A stretch of DNA of 64,000 nt, from NCBI RefSeq assembly GCF_000143415.4, contig NW_003314265.1, positions 1-64,000 on the forward strand. Reading direction: 5' to 3'. Positions 12,601-25,869 of this stretch are shown piece after piece. Positions within the stretch are counted from its first letter, which is position 1; every line of letters starts with the position of its first letter. Origin of the DNA: Selaginella moellendorffii. Lineage: Eukaryota; Plantae; Lycopodiophyta. The translations under genes were made by a program, and so were the position numbers. The notes beneath the pieces were generated by a model. It ran no database searches. It saw only the letters and a list, made by a program, of their open reading frames with translations, and was not told the DNA's origin.

Positions 12601-14170
12601 CAGGGAGTTCTATGGCTAATGCTGATGCCCTTTCTGAAGCTCCTCTTTCTTCTCCACTCTCTTCTCATGCTTCTGACGAGCCTGTTATTCCGACATCTTT
12701 GGATTTTTTACACGAGGATTCTGTGCCGTTAGTGGTTGTTGTACTTGACGTTTAGTATCCATAAGGTGTAGAGCAAGATTTACCTTTTTTTGATGAGGTT
12801 CGGGAGGCTCAAAAGCTTGAGCCATGGATTCAAAGGCTTCAAGATGAGTTTAAGAATCCTACATCACTTGCTGATGACTTGCCATTTCAGCATTTACATT
12901 CTCAGTATCACCTTGAGCCTTCTTTATTTTGTGGGGACGGATTTTGATGATCCTTTACGGTTGGTGGTGCCTTCCGTCTTTATTCCACGGTTTTTTCATG
13001 CTTACCATGATTCTCCTATTTTAGGCAAGCATATGGGACATCGTCGTGTGACCAAGAAGCTGCATAAGTCTTTTTATTTGCTAGAGATGCAATATGATGT
13101 TATCTAATATGTGCGTAGCTGCGTTTGGTGCCAAGCTTGTAATACTCCCCCTCGTGCCGCAAAAGGATGGTTGGAGTCAATTGCAATTTTCTGTCCATTT
13201 GAGTTGGTGGCATTTAATTTTATAGGACTTTTTCCACGATCGACTATTGGCAATGAATATGTTATTATTGCTTCTAACTATTTAACTCGTTTGGTGGAAG
13301 TTGGTGCTCTTGCTAGCGCCTCTACAACTACTATTAGATATTTCTTCCTCAATTGAGTGGTGTTTTAGCATTTTTGTTTGGAGCGGATTCTTTTGGATAA
13401 TGGTCCCACATTTATGGCTAAGGCATTTCATGTTTTGACGTCTCAGTTGGGGATATGCCACACTTTCACAATGTTTATCATCCATAGTTAGATGATTTAG
13501 TGGAACGGCTCATTCAGACATTCAAAAGAATGATCACGAAGTACGTGAACTTTTAGCATTTGGATTGGGATGGTTATTTATCGTATTTTCGGTATACATA
13601 TGTCACAGGGGTGTAAAGTTCTGTTAGTGTTTCACCATATAAACTTCTATATAGTCATGATCCAATATTACCAACAGAACTAGATTTACCTTCAAAATTG
13701 CTACAAGCTGCTGATACTAAATCGTGGGATTAGTATTTGAAGAGCATTCTTCCATTTGTCTGAGTAGAGTCTACCGAACACTTAGGCCGCGTACAAGTGG
13801 GACAACAACAGTGCTACAACTCCCATCATTGTCTACTTGTGAAGTAGAAAGTGGATGACTTGGTGTTAATCCATTTTCCCCATCTTATAGCACGTGGTTT
13901 ATCTAAGGGGCTCCTTGCTCAGTGGAAAGGATCGTATCGGGTGTTGCAGCAAGTTGGACCACAAGTTTATGAGGTTCAACATGACATCCAATAGGCCGAT
14001 CCTCCAAAAATTATGTATATGCAACAGTTGAAACACTTCATACAAAGGGATCAGGAAAAATTGATACCACCTATAGATTTACTGATGCCTCCTCTTGATG
14101 TTCCTCTAAATCCCAGCCCATCTACAAAAGAACCCTGATAGTCTTTCATTATTCTGAGAGGAAGGGATGA

Positions 14171-14637
14171 TGTGAAGTCTAAGTGTATGGCTATGATGCC
14201 GTATATTAATATTAGTGTAATATGCTTTATTTCGTTAAAGTGGAACTTATTCAGTAAAGCGGGACATTAATTAGCATGTGTCCACATGCCATTTCCTAGT
14301 ACTTAATTAATATTTATTAATATTTCTATCAGTTTTTTAATTTATTTTTTATATTTCACAATATTATAACACAAAATCATATGAAATTTTTTTAATTTAT
14401 AAATTATAAAGCTAAAACTTCAATTTTTTATTGTTGTTATAAAAATGGCATGTGGCCACACACCATAAGTGGGATAATGAAAAGTTCCACTTTAACAAAA
14501 TAAAGCATTAATGGGATTTTGATAGTCATCAGATTGGTTTCAATTCAGACCACTCGCTCCTGTATATAAGCTAAGGTTTTTGGGCTAATTGATATGCACA
14601 TTTTCTGTATTCCTTTTCCATATTCCAAACACTCACA
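14171..14637 (+). repeat. 3' LTR interrupted by a MITE
   Basis: Follows a polypurine tract, starts TGTGAAG, ends CTCACA, and matches the 5' LTR on both sides of 14222-14508. Confidence 0.88.
14222..14508. mobile_element. MITE, 287 bp, 27-bp TIRs, 4-bp TSD TAAT
   Basis: ATGCTTTATTTCGTTAAAGTGGAACTT ... AAGTTCCACTTTAACAAAATAAAGCAT (26/27 inverted match), plus an inner inverted pair CCACATGCCATT / AATGGCATGTGG. TAAT at 14218-14221 and 14509-14512. The empty site is visible in the 5' LTR. Confidence 0.9.
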
Positions 14638-14668
14638 ACAAAAAATATAAGAAAATGAAATAATAAAT

Positions 14669-17345
14669 TGTGAGGTCCAAATGTATGGCTACAATGCTAT
14701 ATACTATAATAGCCATACACTAAGATTAATATAGTGGGATTTTGATATCTATTAAATTAGTTTCAATTTAGACCATTTGCTCATAATTCAAACCACTAGC
14801 TTTTATATATTTAGGCTAATGGATATGCATATTTCTTAAGGATAATCAAAGTTGCCTTTCACCTCCACTAATGTGAGTGCATGAAATATAGAAATGGAAT
14901 ATACATTTGGGCTTTTGGTTTAGATCTAGCTTTTGCATTATTTAAATTTCATTTCCCTTGTAGCTTTTTTATTTTCTTCTCTTTTGTTGTTCCTTTTTCA
15001 TTCATCTTCATAGTAGAGTAGCAATCTTCTTCTTCTTTGACTCTAGAGTAGCAATTGGTATAGTTGCTCAATGTTATATGGTTGCAATTGAATAATCAAG
15101 CTCAATTGATAGTAGCTTTCACAATGCATGGTACAACTCCTTCTATTCTTACTGTTAATTCTTGTGTTCGGCCAGAGAGGAATCCTAGGGATGATGTGTA
15201 CTATTGGTTTGATCATTTTACAGTGATTGCCACCTATCATTCTTGGGATAATGGTTAGCATTTGCATGAGTTTCTCATATATTTTTAAGGGATGGCATTG
15301 CAATGGTATAATGGTTTGAGTGTAGCCACTCATGAAGATTGGAGTATTCTCTTGAACATCTTCAAGTGCACATTTAGACATGATGATGATTGTGATGCCT
15401 TCCAACAATTGCATTATTGTGTCAAAAGCCATCTAAGTCAATGATGCAATTTAGCATTTGTTTTCGAAGCCTTTTGCTTCGTGCAGAGCCACATATGTTG
15501 GAGCAAATCAAATTAGAAATATTATGGCTAGGATTTCATCAAAATCTTGTGAGTCTTATGTATACATTTGCTCTAGCCACCCTTGATAATGCTTTTTGAC
15601 TAGCATAATATTATGAAATATTTTCTTTTCCACTTCTCGTTGTATGGTTTTCAGCTCCACTTTTGTGGGAGATGGTGCTGTTCTGATAGAGGTTGATGCT
15701 ACGAATACTTGCGTTTAAGAGCAAGGGCAAGAATAGCCACGGTCATGATATCTATTGTTTGGCATGTGATAAGGTTGGTCATATGTATTAGCATTATTAG
15801 CATTTTCTAGATTGATGTCCTCCATTTCCTAAGTGAGGCCTTGGCATTAACAACATCCTATTAGTGTTGTTGTAGTGGAAGCTCTTGACACAAAGATTCT
15901 TCTAGGAAATGAAGAGTCATATGAGTAATGGGGGGTCTTTATGCAAATAAGTTAGTGACGCTTTTATCTTTCTTTTGAGAATACCATCAAGGGTTCACTT
16001 TCATTTAGTGCTTGCTTTCCAAACTCATTTTTATAACAAAAGGTCTTTTATTATTCTTTCCATGTTAGTTGATATAGATTTAAGTTTATCTTCTATTATT
16101 CAACTTGTTACCATGTTGCCGTTTATAGTTGTATTATGCAGTAGAGCCAATTTTCATTTTGTATGGCAACAACCATACATATGCATGTGCGCAAGATGAG
16201 GAGGACCTTGTTGTGTGTGTGGGTGATCTCGAATTTTGAACTTTAATCATTGCAAGTGGTGTTGAGTCAAATATTTTACCTCGTCCTTATTATGAATTGG
16301 TTATAATACAATCATGCCAAATGGGTTTCTTCCCCTTTTCATATACTTTATATTTTTTCCATTCTTTCACTTTTATTCCCCTTCATCCTTCTACTTCTAT
16401 CTATGGTTTCATCACTTTTGTCTCCCCATTACTTCTTACTATGTTTCCATTTTGCTCCCTCTATAAATGCCTCCAATGATCTTTACGTTGTAGTGGTTGA
16501 TCAACTTAAGGAGTATGTTAATCTCTTTAATTTTGATTTGTCATTTAGGGCTAAAATTGCAACATCTCATCCTATTTTAATTAGGGATGCTCATCCAATC
16601 AAGGTTTTTGTTTAACATTGGTCATTAAAAGAGATCAGGATTTTATGTTCAAATGTCAAGGAAATGTTAGAGAAAGGTGTTATCTGAAAGTCTCGAAGTC
16701 CTTGGATGTATGAACCTCATCTTATGACAAAGCTTGATAGGAGCATTCGCTTTTGCATTGACTATCGTTTATTAAACAAAATAATTATCTTGGATGTGTA
16801 CCCTCTTCCTTACACTACTGATATTCTGAATCGTCTGGGGAAAAGTTGTTGGTTCACTAAATTAAATTTTATTTTTGGGTACTGATAAGTACTGATGGTT
16901 GAGGAAGATAATCCTAAGACTACTTTTTATACACCATTTTTTTTGTATGAATTCTTGATGATGCCATTTGGTTTGAACAATCTTCAACATCTTTTTAGTG
17001 GATGATGGATGAGATTCTCTATGATATGTTAGAGGTGACTATTGACTTCATTAATGACGTCTTGATCCACCTAAAGGGGATGTGAAAAGAGCACATTCAT
17101 GATGTTCATAAAGTGTTTAATTGATTATGGGAAATTAGTTTAAAGTTGAAGTGGTCAAAATGCATCTTTGGATCTAAAAATATAACATACCTTGAATACC
17201 ATATTTCTTGTAAAGATTTATAAATTGATCTTGACAAATTTATAGTTATTTTAAAGTTCCTTATTCCGAAGTGTGTAAATGATGTGTAACACTTTCTAGC
17301 AAAATGCAATATCTTGATTGTTTTGTTGATCATTTTTCTGATCAT
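14669..17345 (+). mobile_element. Second, more decayed and 3'-truncated copy of the same Gypsy family
   Basis: LTR start TGTGAGGTCC at 14669. gag and RT are colinear with ~9850-12130 (DYRLLN, YPLP, FINDVLIH). Similarity is lost after the RT; end approximate. Confidence 0.85.
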
Positions 17346-18543
17346 AAAGTTGAGACTTTTATATATAAAAATAAATGGACCAAATTTAGTCCCAGATAGA
17401 ATGTTCATATGTTATAGTACTATAATTAACATATTACCTTGGCAAGGTAATACATGTTTATATGTATATATACTTATAGACCTTAGACCTCCTCCCCTTC
17501 GAAAGATGAAAACATAATAATGATAAGTTAGGTGGAACATCAAGAGCTTTTGTTAGGTGATTATAAATTATTACAAGAATCTGAAGTTCTCACCAGATTA
17601 CGAATAAAAATTATAAGTCATAAATGATTATCATGTTAAGAGAAAGGAAATACTGCAAATAAGAAAGAATAGTAAGAATATAAAAAGGTGGCTCAGACCA
17701 AAAAATAAAAAAAGTTGGGAAAGAGTATAAAGTAAAGAGAAATGATTAAATGATATATTCAAATATTAACACCTACCTTGTGAGATTTCTAACTTGCTTT
17801 CAAAATTATCTTTATAATAACTAAGTTCCTCATCACAATCTAGAATCCACTTGAGCTCATATACATCATCTTTTCATAAAATTAATCTGTAAACATTCTC
17901 TAAAAATCATATTACATCATCCATAATTTTTCAATTAATATCACAATCACACTCCATATATCACTTCAAGCCATTGATGTTACTTTATTAGATTGAGATT
18001 TTGATGTTGTGCGGCATAATTCAATTGGTGTTACTCCAATCTATGATTTATTGCCATCTTTTGCTTCTCTGGGATGTAATTATACAACTTCTTTTATTCT
18101 TAATGTCTTACCATTTCTTATTGACAATGTGATATAGCAAAAGGAAATGTAGTGAAGATAAAAAAGAAAAATAGATTAGATAGCTAAAATCCTAGATCTA
18201 GCAAAAAGTTACAACAAATCTAGCGAAGAAAGGAAAAATGATAAAACAAAAACATAATATTGAACACTGAACAAAGCACTACCAGAAAATTTTGCCCTCT
18301 AAAGATAAATTGCAATGCCTTTCAAAGTGCTTGGGTGGTGTACGGAAGAACTTTCGTATAATTCCAGAAGCATGAAGCCTCCTTTATCCCCACCATCACA
18401 TAACTACTTTTTATATATTTCATTTTAAAACGAAGTCCCTAATGGGTATCCGTAACCAATAAGTGACATTGTTTGTGAAGAGAGTCTTCCAAAAGGACTC
18501 GAACACACGACAGAGGGTATAGTTAGGGTTTATCATTTTGTGA

Positions 18544-21105
18544 ATGGCAGCATGGCGGGCGTTGCATCGCCGCTTTGCGCCTACGATCAGGCCAGCAGCA
18601 TTCGTTTGGAGCGCGCGATGGAGCTCCAATGCAGCCAGTGCCGCCGCCAAGAACATCGATCTCAGCAAGTTCCCGGTCTCGCTGATCAGGAATTTCTCCA
18701 TCATCGCACACATTGACCACGGCAAGTCGACCCTCGCGGATCGATTGCTGGAGCTCACCGGAACGATACAAAAGGGTAAAGGCCAGCCGCAGTATCTCGA
18801 CAAGCTCCAGGTATGAGAAATCTTTGTGTCAAGCCAGGAAATTCTTTTGAGTGTGCTAGAATTCTCAGCTTTGTTAATGCTGCAATTTTTTTACTCTATC
18901 GCTCCTTGTGGATTCTGATAAATCTTTTTCGTTTCGTTTCTAGGTGGAACGGGAACGAGGTATTACTGTGAAAGCACAGACTGCCACCATGTTCTACGAC
19001 CTCAAGAACGAAGATGATGGTTCTTCCGAGCAGTACCTTTTGAATCTTATCGACACACCGGGTCACGTCGACTTTAGCTACGAGGTTTCTCGATCGCTCG
19101 CTGCTTGCCAAGGTGTGCTCCTGGTGGTGGACGCGACGCAGGGCATTCAAGCACAGACAGTGGCCAACTTCTACTTGGCTTTCGAGGCCAACTTGACGAT
19201 CATTCCTGTGATCAACAAGATCGACCAGGCGACTGCTGATCCAGAGAGAGTGAAAGCGCAGCTCAAGACCATGTTTGATCTGGAACCCGAGGATGCACTG
19301 CTTACCTCTGCAAAGACTGGGCAAGGACTCTCGGAGGTTTTACCGGCGGTCATCAAACGAATTCCTCCTCCGACTGGTAGATGCCATTTGCCACTGCGAA
19401 TGCTCATCCTGGATTCTTACTTCGATGAGTACCGGGGTGTCATTTGCAATGGTGCCGTGGTGGACGGATCCATCAAGAAAGGTGACAGGATAGCCTCGGT
19501 AGCGACTGGTCAGACTTATGACGTTCTCGACACTGGAATTCTACATCCGGAGCTAACGTCGACTGGAATGCTTCAAACCGGCCAAGTTGGATACTTGATT
19601 GCGGGGTTGAAAGCTACGCAAGAAGCACGGGTTGGAGATACTATGCATCATGCGAATGTGTCTGTTGAAGCTCTTCCTGGTAAGCATTTCTCTTTTATGC
19701 TTCTACAATTAACTTACATCCTTGTTGTTGATACTCAGGTTTCAAGCCTGCGAAGCATATGGTTTTTGCTGGCATTTATCCGGCTGATGGATCAGATTTC
19801 GAAGCTCTGGCTCAAGCCATGGAACGGCTCACATGCAACGATGCTAGTGTTAGCGCTACCAAAGAAACGAGTGCTGCCTTGGGCATTGGGTTCAGGTATG
19901 ATGCATGGCAATGCAAAGTTAACGAACACAGACTTTATAAACTATCAGGTGTGGCTTCCTTGGACTTCTTCACATGGATGTGTTTCATCAGCGGCTAGAG
20001 CAGGTTAAAATTTGTGGAGTGTTTGAGTTTTCTGATTTTTTCTTTCTTTCAGGAATTTGGAGCTCAAGTCATAGCAACAGCTCCAACCGTGCCTTACATT
20101 TTTGAGTTTCAAGATGGGAGGTGAGTGAGCTGCATGCGATGCTGTGTTCTTAACTCCAAGAGTTGCAGCAAACTAAATGTCCAAAATCCAGCGCTCTTAC
20201 CTTCCCAGCCAGCTCAGAAAATAGTTTCCGCTATGGAACCAGTCGTGGTTGCGACGATTATTACACCTAGTGAGTAAGCCCGTGCCGCTTGTTCTATGAT
20301 GAATTCGTCCCGTCACTGAAAGACTGCTTGTTTCAGGCATGTTGGAGCTCTGATCACTCTTTGTTCAGATCGAAGGGGTGAACAGCTTGAGTTTTCCTAC
20401 ATTGACAGGTAAAGAGTTTGCTCTAGACTTTCAGATCTTTTGATAAACGACGTTGCAGCCAGCGGGCATTACTAAAGTATCGGCTTCCCTTGCGTGAAGT
20501 GGTCGTCGATTTTTACAGTGTGCTCAAGAGTATCACTTCTGGCTATGCTTCCTTTGACTACGACGATGACGGGTAAAGCCATATGTTCCTTTTCAATTCA
20601 CCGTGACATTGCTGCGTGTTGCACAGCTACCAGGAAGCGGACCTTGTGAAAGTCGACGTGCTGCTCAATGGTCAGGCAGTGGACGCTCTTTCCACCATAG
20701 TTCACCAGGCCAAATCCGTGAGAACTGGTCGAGAGATTGTGGACAAGCTAAAGAAAGTTCTTGACAGGTAAGTCTCATTTTCCAAAGTCTAGATCGATCA
20801 TACTGACGCCTCAAATCCAGGCAAATGTTCGAGGTAACGATACAGGCAGCAGTAGGAAGCAAAGTTATAGCTCGAGAATCGTAAGTCACGATCGTTTCAA
20901 CTCTCTAGCTCTACAATCTCATCTTTTTCTTTTTGTGTACAGGATTTCTGCTTTGAGGAAGAATGTGTTGGCCAAGTGTTATGGAGGGGACGTAACACGA
21001 AAGAGGAAATTACTAGACAAGCAAAAGGAAGGGAAGAAGCGAATGAAACGCTTTGGCTCGGTGGACATACCACAAGAGGCATTCCACGACCTCTTAAAGC
21101 AGTGA
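18544..21105 (+). CDS. GUF1: Translation factor GUF1/LepA (EF4), mitochondrial, multi-exon
   Basis: [46 protein letters not shown] and C-terminal [25 protein letters not shown]. Transit-like N-terminus. Confidence 0.96.
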
Positions 21106-21444
21106 GAGAGCGCGAAACGCCGCCACGTGGCGGCAGGCAGTTGGACCAGTAAATTTTGAAATTTGTTATCCCGCCGAGTTGCGCGGAGTTAAAAGCGCTG
21201 TACGGCGTCCGAGGTAGAATCCACCGGCGATAGGCGGTGGCCGGTGGGCCAAGGCGGCGGGCGGAAGCTAGAACGGGCGAATATTCCTGGGCTTTCCTGT
21301 CTTAGGGGAGGGGGATATTCGCCGGCGTGCAAAGATTTGTGTGCCTGGTGATGGAGCGCATGCAAGAGCGCCGGCAGGGCGATCGCGGCTAATCGCTTGG
21401 CGGCGCGGCGGTGGAGGAGAAGGAGGTGGCCGATCGATCGATCC

Positions 21445-23652
21445 ATGGTGCTGTACCGGCCGCCCAAGCGTGCTCGCGTGGTGGAGCGCTTCAGCCTGGA
21501 GAGATTTGGGAGCGGCGGCTACCCGGCGGATTTCTCAGGGCCATTCCGGAGCAACGTCCGCGCCTTCTTGAATGAGTTTGGGCAGATGATGGCGGCGCCG
21601 ATGCCCGGCGTCCAGCGCTGGTGCGTCCCCTTAGTGTCGCAGCGCGGCGCCGAGCAATCGCTGCTGGTGCTCGAGGAATTGCCGTTCGAGTCGGGCGCTC
21701 TCGGCTGCTCCCACTGCCGCATTATCGGTACGTTTCGATCGCGCGCGGTCGCGAGATCGCTAGCGCGAGAGGGAGAAAGAGAGGATTCTAGAATGAAATT
21801 TCGATCGATCGTGGTGTTTCTTTGTTTCTTAGGCTGGAGCCATCACCCGGTTTGCGGTGCGCGGTACCATTTTATTCTCCACGCTCCTGGAAAGCTGGAA
21901 GCTTTGGGAGTGGGCAAGGGACATAAGCTATGCAGTCACTGTGGCAGCGTCATTGCTTCGTCTATCACAAGGTAACCATGGCTGTGAGAAAAAAACTCTA
22001 TACAGAGAAGCTAGAAAAGAGGTTGCAGATGTCCAAAGTGTGGGCTAAGTTCTTCGCGAACTATCGTTTTGGAGAACACGTCCCATCTCCTCCACGGGAT
22101 CATACACTCGAATGGCTACGGGCATCTCTTGAGAGTCAATGGCTTCGAGGGAGGATCCTCGTCTCTCTCCGGCCGTGAGATCATGAACTTGTGGGATCGC
22201 TTGTGCACCATGATGCGAGCAAGGTATGCTTCACTTTGGTTTTCTTTCGCTCAACCTTCTCTTGTTTCTTCGTTTTTATCCCAGGAAAGTTAGTGTTCTT
22301 GATGCTTCCAAGAAGTTTGGGACCAGCTTTCGATTGCTTCATGCTGTTGCAAAGGGTCAGCCCTGGTATGGTTTGTGGGGCTATCAGTTTGGGAGGGGAA
22401 GCTTTGGCATAACAGATGCTGCGTACAAGAAAGCCGTCAATCAGATTGCTAGCACTCGGCTCAGCTTTTTCCTGGATTTGGGAGACGAAAGGCTGCGCCG
22501 CATCGCTACTTATTATCGGAACGGTCGGACTGGGAACTTGCAAGAGCTCGTGAGCCATTTCATGGAGCTTCTTCACGCACTCAGCAGCAAGGCGACGGGC
22601 TCCAAAGCTACTGTGCCCGCTGGAGTGAATGCTCCTCCGGCTCCGGCTCCGGCTCCAAACCGTAACTCCCAGCGCTGGTCGGCCAAGAGACTGGACAAAA
22701 CACTGGACGTCCTCCTGACTGCGCTGCGGCAATTCGGCTTGAACGAGTGGATGCCGAGGATCAAGCTGCGAGAGCAAGCCCGACTGCACATTGGCGATAC
22801 GGGCTTGCTTGATCACAGCCTGTGCAGCTTCGTCGGAAAGATTGTGGGTGATCTGGTCGTGCAAAGACGGCGTGACGAGCAGTTTCGGCAGCTCGAGTAC
22901 AGGTAAAAGAGCGTCTTACCTTTTCTCGTGCTAATTAATGATCTCTCAGGCTGGCCAGGATTGAGTCGCCAGAGATCCAAGAGAAAAAGGAAGAGGCAGA
23001 CGCGCCAGAGTTTTCCAAAGTTCTGGATGATCTAAGGTACTTATACAGCAAAGTTCTTGCGGGTGGTCTTCTTCCCGAGGACGATCCTCTGGCACAAGCG
23101 AGCAGGACAGTCCTGGACACGAAGCACTTCATAAAGGACTACAATGGAAACTCCGAGACAGATCCATGCGACGAGCCAGGAGCGGAGGTATTCAGAGTCC
23201 AGTGCCGGATGGAATCGGTGGAGCAAGGTGGCGATCAGGGAGGAGCTCCCAGCGAGCTGGTGGTGCTGCCGGCGAGCGCTACGGTGGGAGATCTCAAGCG
23301 AGAGGCGGCCAAGGCGTTCAGGGACGTGTACCCGAGCTTGGGCCAGCTGCGCGTGACGAGCATCCCGGTCCTGGAGGGCGAGGCGGACGAGAGGCCGCTC
23401 AAGCTGGTGAAGATCCAGAGGACGGCGGAGGTGGCGATCAGGGCGACCGGGATCGACAACAGGTTCTCGGCGGGGAGGTTTGAGAAGGGAGTGGACGACT
23501 GGGTGGTGAATTGCCGGTGTGGAGCTCGAGACGACGATGGCGAGCGCATGGCGGCGTGCGATTCCTGCGGCGTGTGGAGCCACACGAGGTGTGCGCACAT
23601 CAGGGATGGCGATGATGTTCCAGAGCAGTTTTTCTGTGGCGGCTGTACATAA
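21445..23652 (+). CDS. PHD finger protein of the MS1/MMD1 family (At1g33420-like), multi-exon
   Basis: GPFRSNVRAFL, C..CRIIGWSHHPVC, HLLHGIIHSNGYGHLLRVNG, IGDTGLLD and a C-terminal PHD (VNCRCGARDDDGERMAACDSCGVWSHTRC). Confidence 0.9.
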
Positions 23653-23871
23653 CTTTTCTTTCTTCCTTCGTTATCCCCTTATATCTCATTTGAGAAAATT
23701 TAGGGTTTATTATGGTCAATATGTAAACCGTTTTCCCTTACATATCCTTAATAGTCAAAAGGTCAACGGTCGTAGAATTTAGGGTTTGTCATGGGATATG
23801 GTCAACGGTCGAGGGTTTTGAATTTAAGGGCTTTTATGCTTTGTTCCTTGTGGAGGAGGAGAAGGGCGCCC

Positions 23872-25848
23872 ATGGCGGCAATGGCGGCGCTCTTCTTCAG
23901 CAGCGCGCTCTCCAGCACCAGCGCGGTGGCGATGGCGACGGCGGCCCCAGTGCCGTGGCCGGTCGCGGGGACGGTCCCTCTGGCGGAGCTGCTGCGAAAT
24001 CTTCCGGCGCTCAAGGAGGTGAGGGTGATGAAGCAGCAGGAGCAGCAGCAAAGCGAGGCGGAGCTGCGCTGCATCGTGGTGGGAAGCCTGTGCGAGAATG
24101 CGCGCGTGTACAAGCAGCCGGCGCTGGGCCTCCTCACGGCGCTGCGAGACGAGCGCGATCCCGGATGCACCATCAAGCTCCTGGTGTCGAATTTCACGCT
24201 CTCGTCTTCCACCGACGCGGATGCCCGCGCGTGGTTCCCTCGGGGAGCGGTGGTGAGAATCACGGAGCCGCGGGTTCTTCTCGCTGGAGCAGTGGGAATG
24301 GCGATGATGGTCGACAATCCAGCGTCCGTGGAGATCGTGGGCTATGGCGATCTGGCCAACGAGGATGCGAATTCTCTGTGGAAGGAAGCCAATGCTGCGT
24401 ATTCGCGTGGGGAGTACCGGAGAGCGGCGTTTCTCTATGTGGAGTGCGTGGAGCGTGGATTTCCCGGAGCCTTGCAAGCTTTCTCCCGTAGCAGCGAGGC
24501 TTGGCTCCGGCTGGGATTCCACGAGAAGGCCTTTCTCGACGCGAGCAGGGCTCTGGCTGTGAATCCTTCGCATTTCCAGAGCCTGTTCGTCAAGGGACAA
24601 GCTCTGCTCGCCATGCAAGAGTATGCTATGGCGCTCGAGTGCTTGCAAAACGCGGGGAAAGTTCTCGCCGCGTCCCCGGACGAACAAGGCATGGCAAGAA
24701 AGGTGGCGGAAGCTTGCGAGCGCTGCTCGGCACTACAAGAACAAAGCGTGACCGGCGCTTACGATCTCTCACAGTTCCTGCTCGGCGGAAGGAATCCAAG
24801 CCTCGCTCCAGTGCTCAGCGACTTCGTGGGATCCGTGAGGCTGCAGCTTGTCCAAGGCAAGGGACGGGGCTTGTTCGCCACCAAGGACCTCAAAGCTGGC
24901 GACCTCGTCCTCGTATCGAACTCCATCGCCCGCTCGACCAAAGGCGGCCTGGAGTTCCACGCGAAGATTGGCCGGGTTTGCGCGGCAAACCGGCGAGTCC
25001 TCGCGCAGCTCACGGCCTTCTTTGACGAGAGGGAGATGTTTGGCATGGATCTGTTCCTCCCAAACAGCGGCTGGTTCCAGGCACATGACGATCACTCCAC
25101 GCCAACTTCGTCGTATCGCTACGTCTTCAAGGAGCTGGGAAGCAGGAATGGCCTGTGTCCTCTCGCAACCATGATCAACCACTCGTGCCTCCCAAACGTC
25201 TCGAGGCATCCGGTGGGAGGAGCTCTCTTCGTGCGAGCTGGGAGGGACATCTCCGCCGGGGAGGAGCTCATCACTAGCTACGTGAATCCATTCCAGCCGC
25301 TGGCCCAGCGGCGCAAGCAAATGGCCGAGAGGAACTTCAAGTTCGTGTGCCGCTGCGACCGGTGCAAGCTCGAGGAGAGGATCGAGGCCGAGAAGCCGGG
25401 GGTGGCGACGAGATACATCAGCGCTCTGCAAAACCGGGGGGATCCAAGCGCGGCTCTCATGGAGATGGTGAAGATCTCCGAGGAGCTGGACTCCATGGTG
25501 GAAGTCGGCAAGACCAGGGACTGGATAGTTTCCTCGTATCCATACGTCTACTGGACTGCCGGCTATCTCTCCCGCGGGAGCAAGGCCGAGAAGGAGGCGA
25601 GGCTGGAGAGCGCGGCCGCGGCGTTCCACGAGACTGCCCCGGGGGACTTGCTCACGCTGCGGAGGATGGTGGAGCTTTGCAGCCCCGGCGGGAGTGACTT
25701 TAGCGGCGGCCCCGTGCACTGCAGCCGTGCCATGAGGGAGATCTTGGAGCGAGAGGCTGTGTCGTGCTTTGGACACCATAACCAAGAGGTGCTGGATGCT
25801 GTGATACGTACCCCCGGTGCTACTGCCGCGGGAGATCTCTCGTTCTAG
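23872..25848 (+). CDS. Intronless TPR + SET domain protein (SMYD-like lysine methyltransferase)
   Basis: Single long ORF with TPR helices ([18 protein letters not shown]), [26 protein letters not shown] and post-[11 protein letters not shown]. The start could be 23791. Confidence 0.88.
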   Translation: MAAMAALFFSSALSSTSAVAMATAAPVPWPVAGTVPLAELLRNLPALKEVRVMKQQEQQQSEAELRCIVVGSLCENARVYKQPALGLLTALRDERDPGCTIKLLVSNFTLSSSTDADARAWFPRGAVVRITEPRVLLAGAVGMAMMVDNPASVEIVGYGDLANEDANSLWKEANAAYSRGEYRRAAFLYVECVERGFPGALQAFSRSSEAWLRLGFHEKAFLDASRALAVNPSHFQSLFVKGQALLAMQEYAMALECLQNAGKVLAASPDEQGMARKVAEACERCSALQEQSVTGAYDLSQFLLGGRNPSLAPVLSDFVGSVRLQLVQGKGRGLFATKDLKAGDLVLVSNSIARSTKGGLEFHAKIGRVCAANRRVLAQLTAFFDEREMFGMDLFLPNSGWFQAHDDHSTPTSSYRYVFKELGSRNGLCPLATMINHSCLPNVSRHPVGGALFVRAGRDISAGEELITSYVNPFQPLAQRRKQMAERNFKFVCRCDRCKLEERIEAEKPGVATRYISALQNRGDPSAALMEMVKISEELDSMVEVGKTRDWIVSSYPYVYWTAGYLSRGSKAEKEARLESAAAAFHETAPGDLLTLRRMVELCSPGGSDFSGGPVHCSRAMREILEREAVSCFGHHNQEVLDAVIRTPGATAAGDLSF

Positions 25849-25869
25849 ATTCACAGATGGAGTGTAGCC

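Larger units (their letters stand above)
9458..14637 (+). mobile_element. Full-length but decayed Ty3/Gypsy LTR retrotransposon (no chromodomain seen)
   Basis: TG...CA LTRs, TSD ACAA (9454-9457 / 14638-14641), PBS 9623-9638, PPT ~14156-14170. Domains in Gypsy order: gag; RT (YRPLN, YPLP, FIDDVLIHS); RNase H (LHVDAF, NYSTIEKECLA); integrase (H..H..C..C, PFELVA, DNGPTF, WKGSYRV). Many stops. Confidence 0.93.

Noticed and set aside
17345-18420. AT-rich region after the truncated Gypsy copy
   Set aside because: No termini, TSD or protein motif could be identified.
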